Source: Octopus bimaculoides
Lineage: Eukaryota
NCBI RefSeq assembly: GCF_001194135.2
Contig: NC_068987.1
Span: forward strand, 23,930,215 to 23,963,095
Length of the DNA stretch: 32,881 nt
Reading direction: 5' to 3'
A model generated the notes under the pieces. The model worked only from the letters and a program-made list of their open reading frames with translations. It had not been told where the DNA came from and did not search any database. Position numbers and translations under genes: made by a program. This document shows, in pieces, positions 31,993-32,881 of the stretch. The number at the start of each line of letters is the position of its first letter. Within the stretch, counting starts at the first letter, position 1.

Positions 31993-32881
31993 CCTTCCTA
32001 ACGCCAACCACTCAGAGAGTGTAGTGGGTGCTTTTACGTGTCACCTGCATGAAGGCCAGTCAGGCGGTACTGGCAACGACCATGCTCAAAATGGTGTATT
32101 TTATGTGCCACCTGCACAAGAGCCAGTCCAGGGGCACTGGCAACGATCTCGCTCGAAAGTCCTTAGACATGCCGCGGGCATAAGTGCCAGAAAGGCGATG
32201 CTGGGCACAGGTGCCATCACAATTTCGCTTTCGCTTGCCCCAATAAGTCTTCGCAAGCTGAGTTTCATGTCCAATGAAGAAGACGATGTTGGCATGGGTG
32301 CCAGTCTTGGAATTTAACTCGATTTCGATTTCACTTGTCCCAACAGGTCTTCGCAAGTGGAGTTTAGTGTCCAATTTAACTTGATTTTGATTTCACTTGC
32401 CTCAACAGGTCTTCGCAAGTGGAACGGCTGGATGCCCTTCCTAAACGCCAACCACTCAGGGAGTGTAGTGGGTGCTTTTACGTGCCATCGGCACGAAGGC
32501 CAGTCAGGCGGTACTGGCAATGACCACGCTCAAAATGGTGTATTTTATGTGCCACCCGTACAAGAGCCAGTCTAGGGGAACTGGCAACGATCTCACTCGA
32601 AAGTCCTTACACATGCCACGGGCACAAGTGCCAGAAAGGCGATGCTGGGCACAGGTGCCATCACGATTTCGATTTCGCTTGCCCCAATAAGTCTTCGCAA
32701 GCTGAGTTTCATGTCTCAATGAAGGAGACGACATTGGCATGGGTGCCAGTCGTTGAATTTAACTCGATTTCGATTTCACTTGCCTCAATAGGTCTTTGCA
32801 AGTGGAGTTTAGTGTTCAATTTAACTCGATTTTGATTTCACTTGCCTCAACAGGTCTTCGCAAGTGGTGTTTGGTGTCCAA
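31993..32881 (-). repeat. Two tandem ~444-bp units of RTE 3' UTR sequence, each containing 62-bp sub-repeats
   Basis: gtagtgggtgc at 32021 and 32465; aatttaactc units at 32311, 32373, 32756 and 32818. Homologous to 21985-22560. Confidence 0.85.

Noticed and set aside
31993-32881. Regular repeats near the window end could suggest a CRISPR-like array
   Set aside because: The context is eukaryotic, the units are contiguous tandem copies without unique spacers, and they are homologous to the RTE 3' UTR.

Overview
AT-rich, microsatellite-dense eukaryotic DNA. The repeat families look cephalopod/Octopus-like; this is an inference from the SINE and RTE set. The window holds the 3' half of one + strand SLC26/SulP anion transporter gene (prestin/pendrin-like): 12 coding exons that I spliced by hand (110-27664, about 370 aa, TM7-TM14 plus STAS), with most exon lengths identical to human SLC26A4. 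The introns and the downstream region are filled with decayed mobile DNA: RTE LINEs and their (GAT)n-tailed 3' ends, an R4/Dong-type fragment, CR1/Jockey-type fragments, a Penelope-like RT fragment, two mariners, piggyBac-type MITEs, several tRNA-derived SINE families and a 248-bp foldback. The most unusual signal is on the minus strand at 29453-29512. There, a tandemly repeated, pLTR-like element carries all hammerhead ribozyme core motifs with pairable stems I and III, but in a segment order that is not one of the three standard circular permutations. Other leads: a candidate antisense exon, a PHD finger inside the RTE ORF, a covarying hairpin array in the RTE 3' UTR, and dsRNA-forming inverted repeats in the SLC26 pre-mRNA. 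There are three N gaps, and most ORFs in the supplied track are artefacts of gaps, microsatellites or TE relics.
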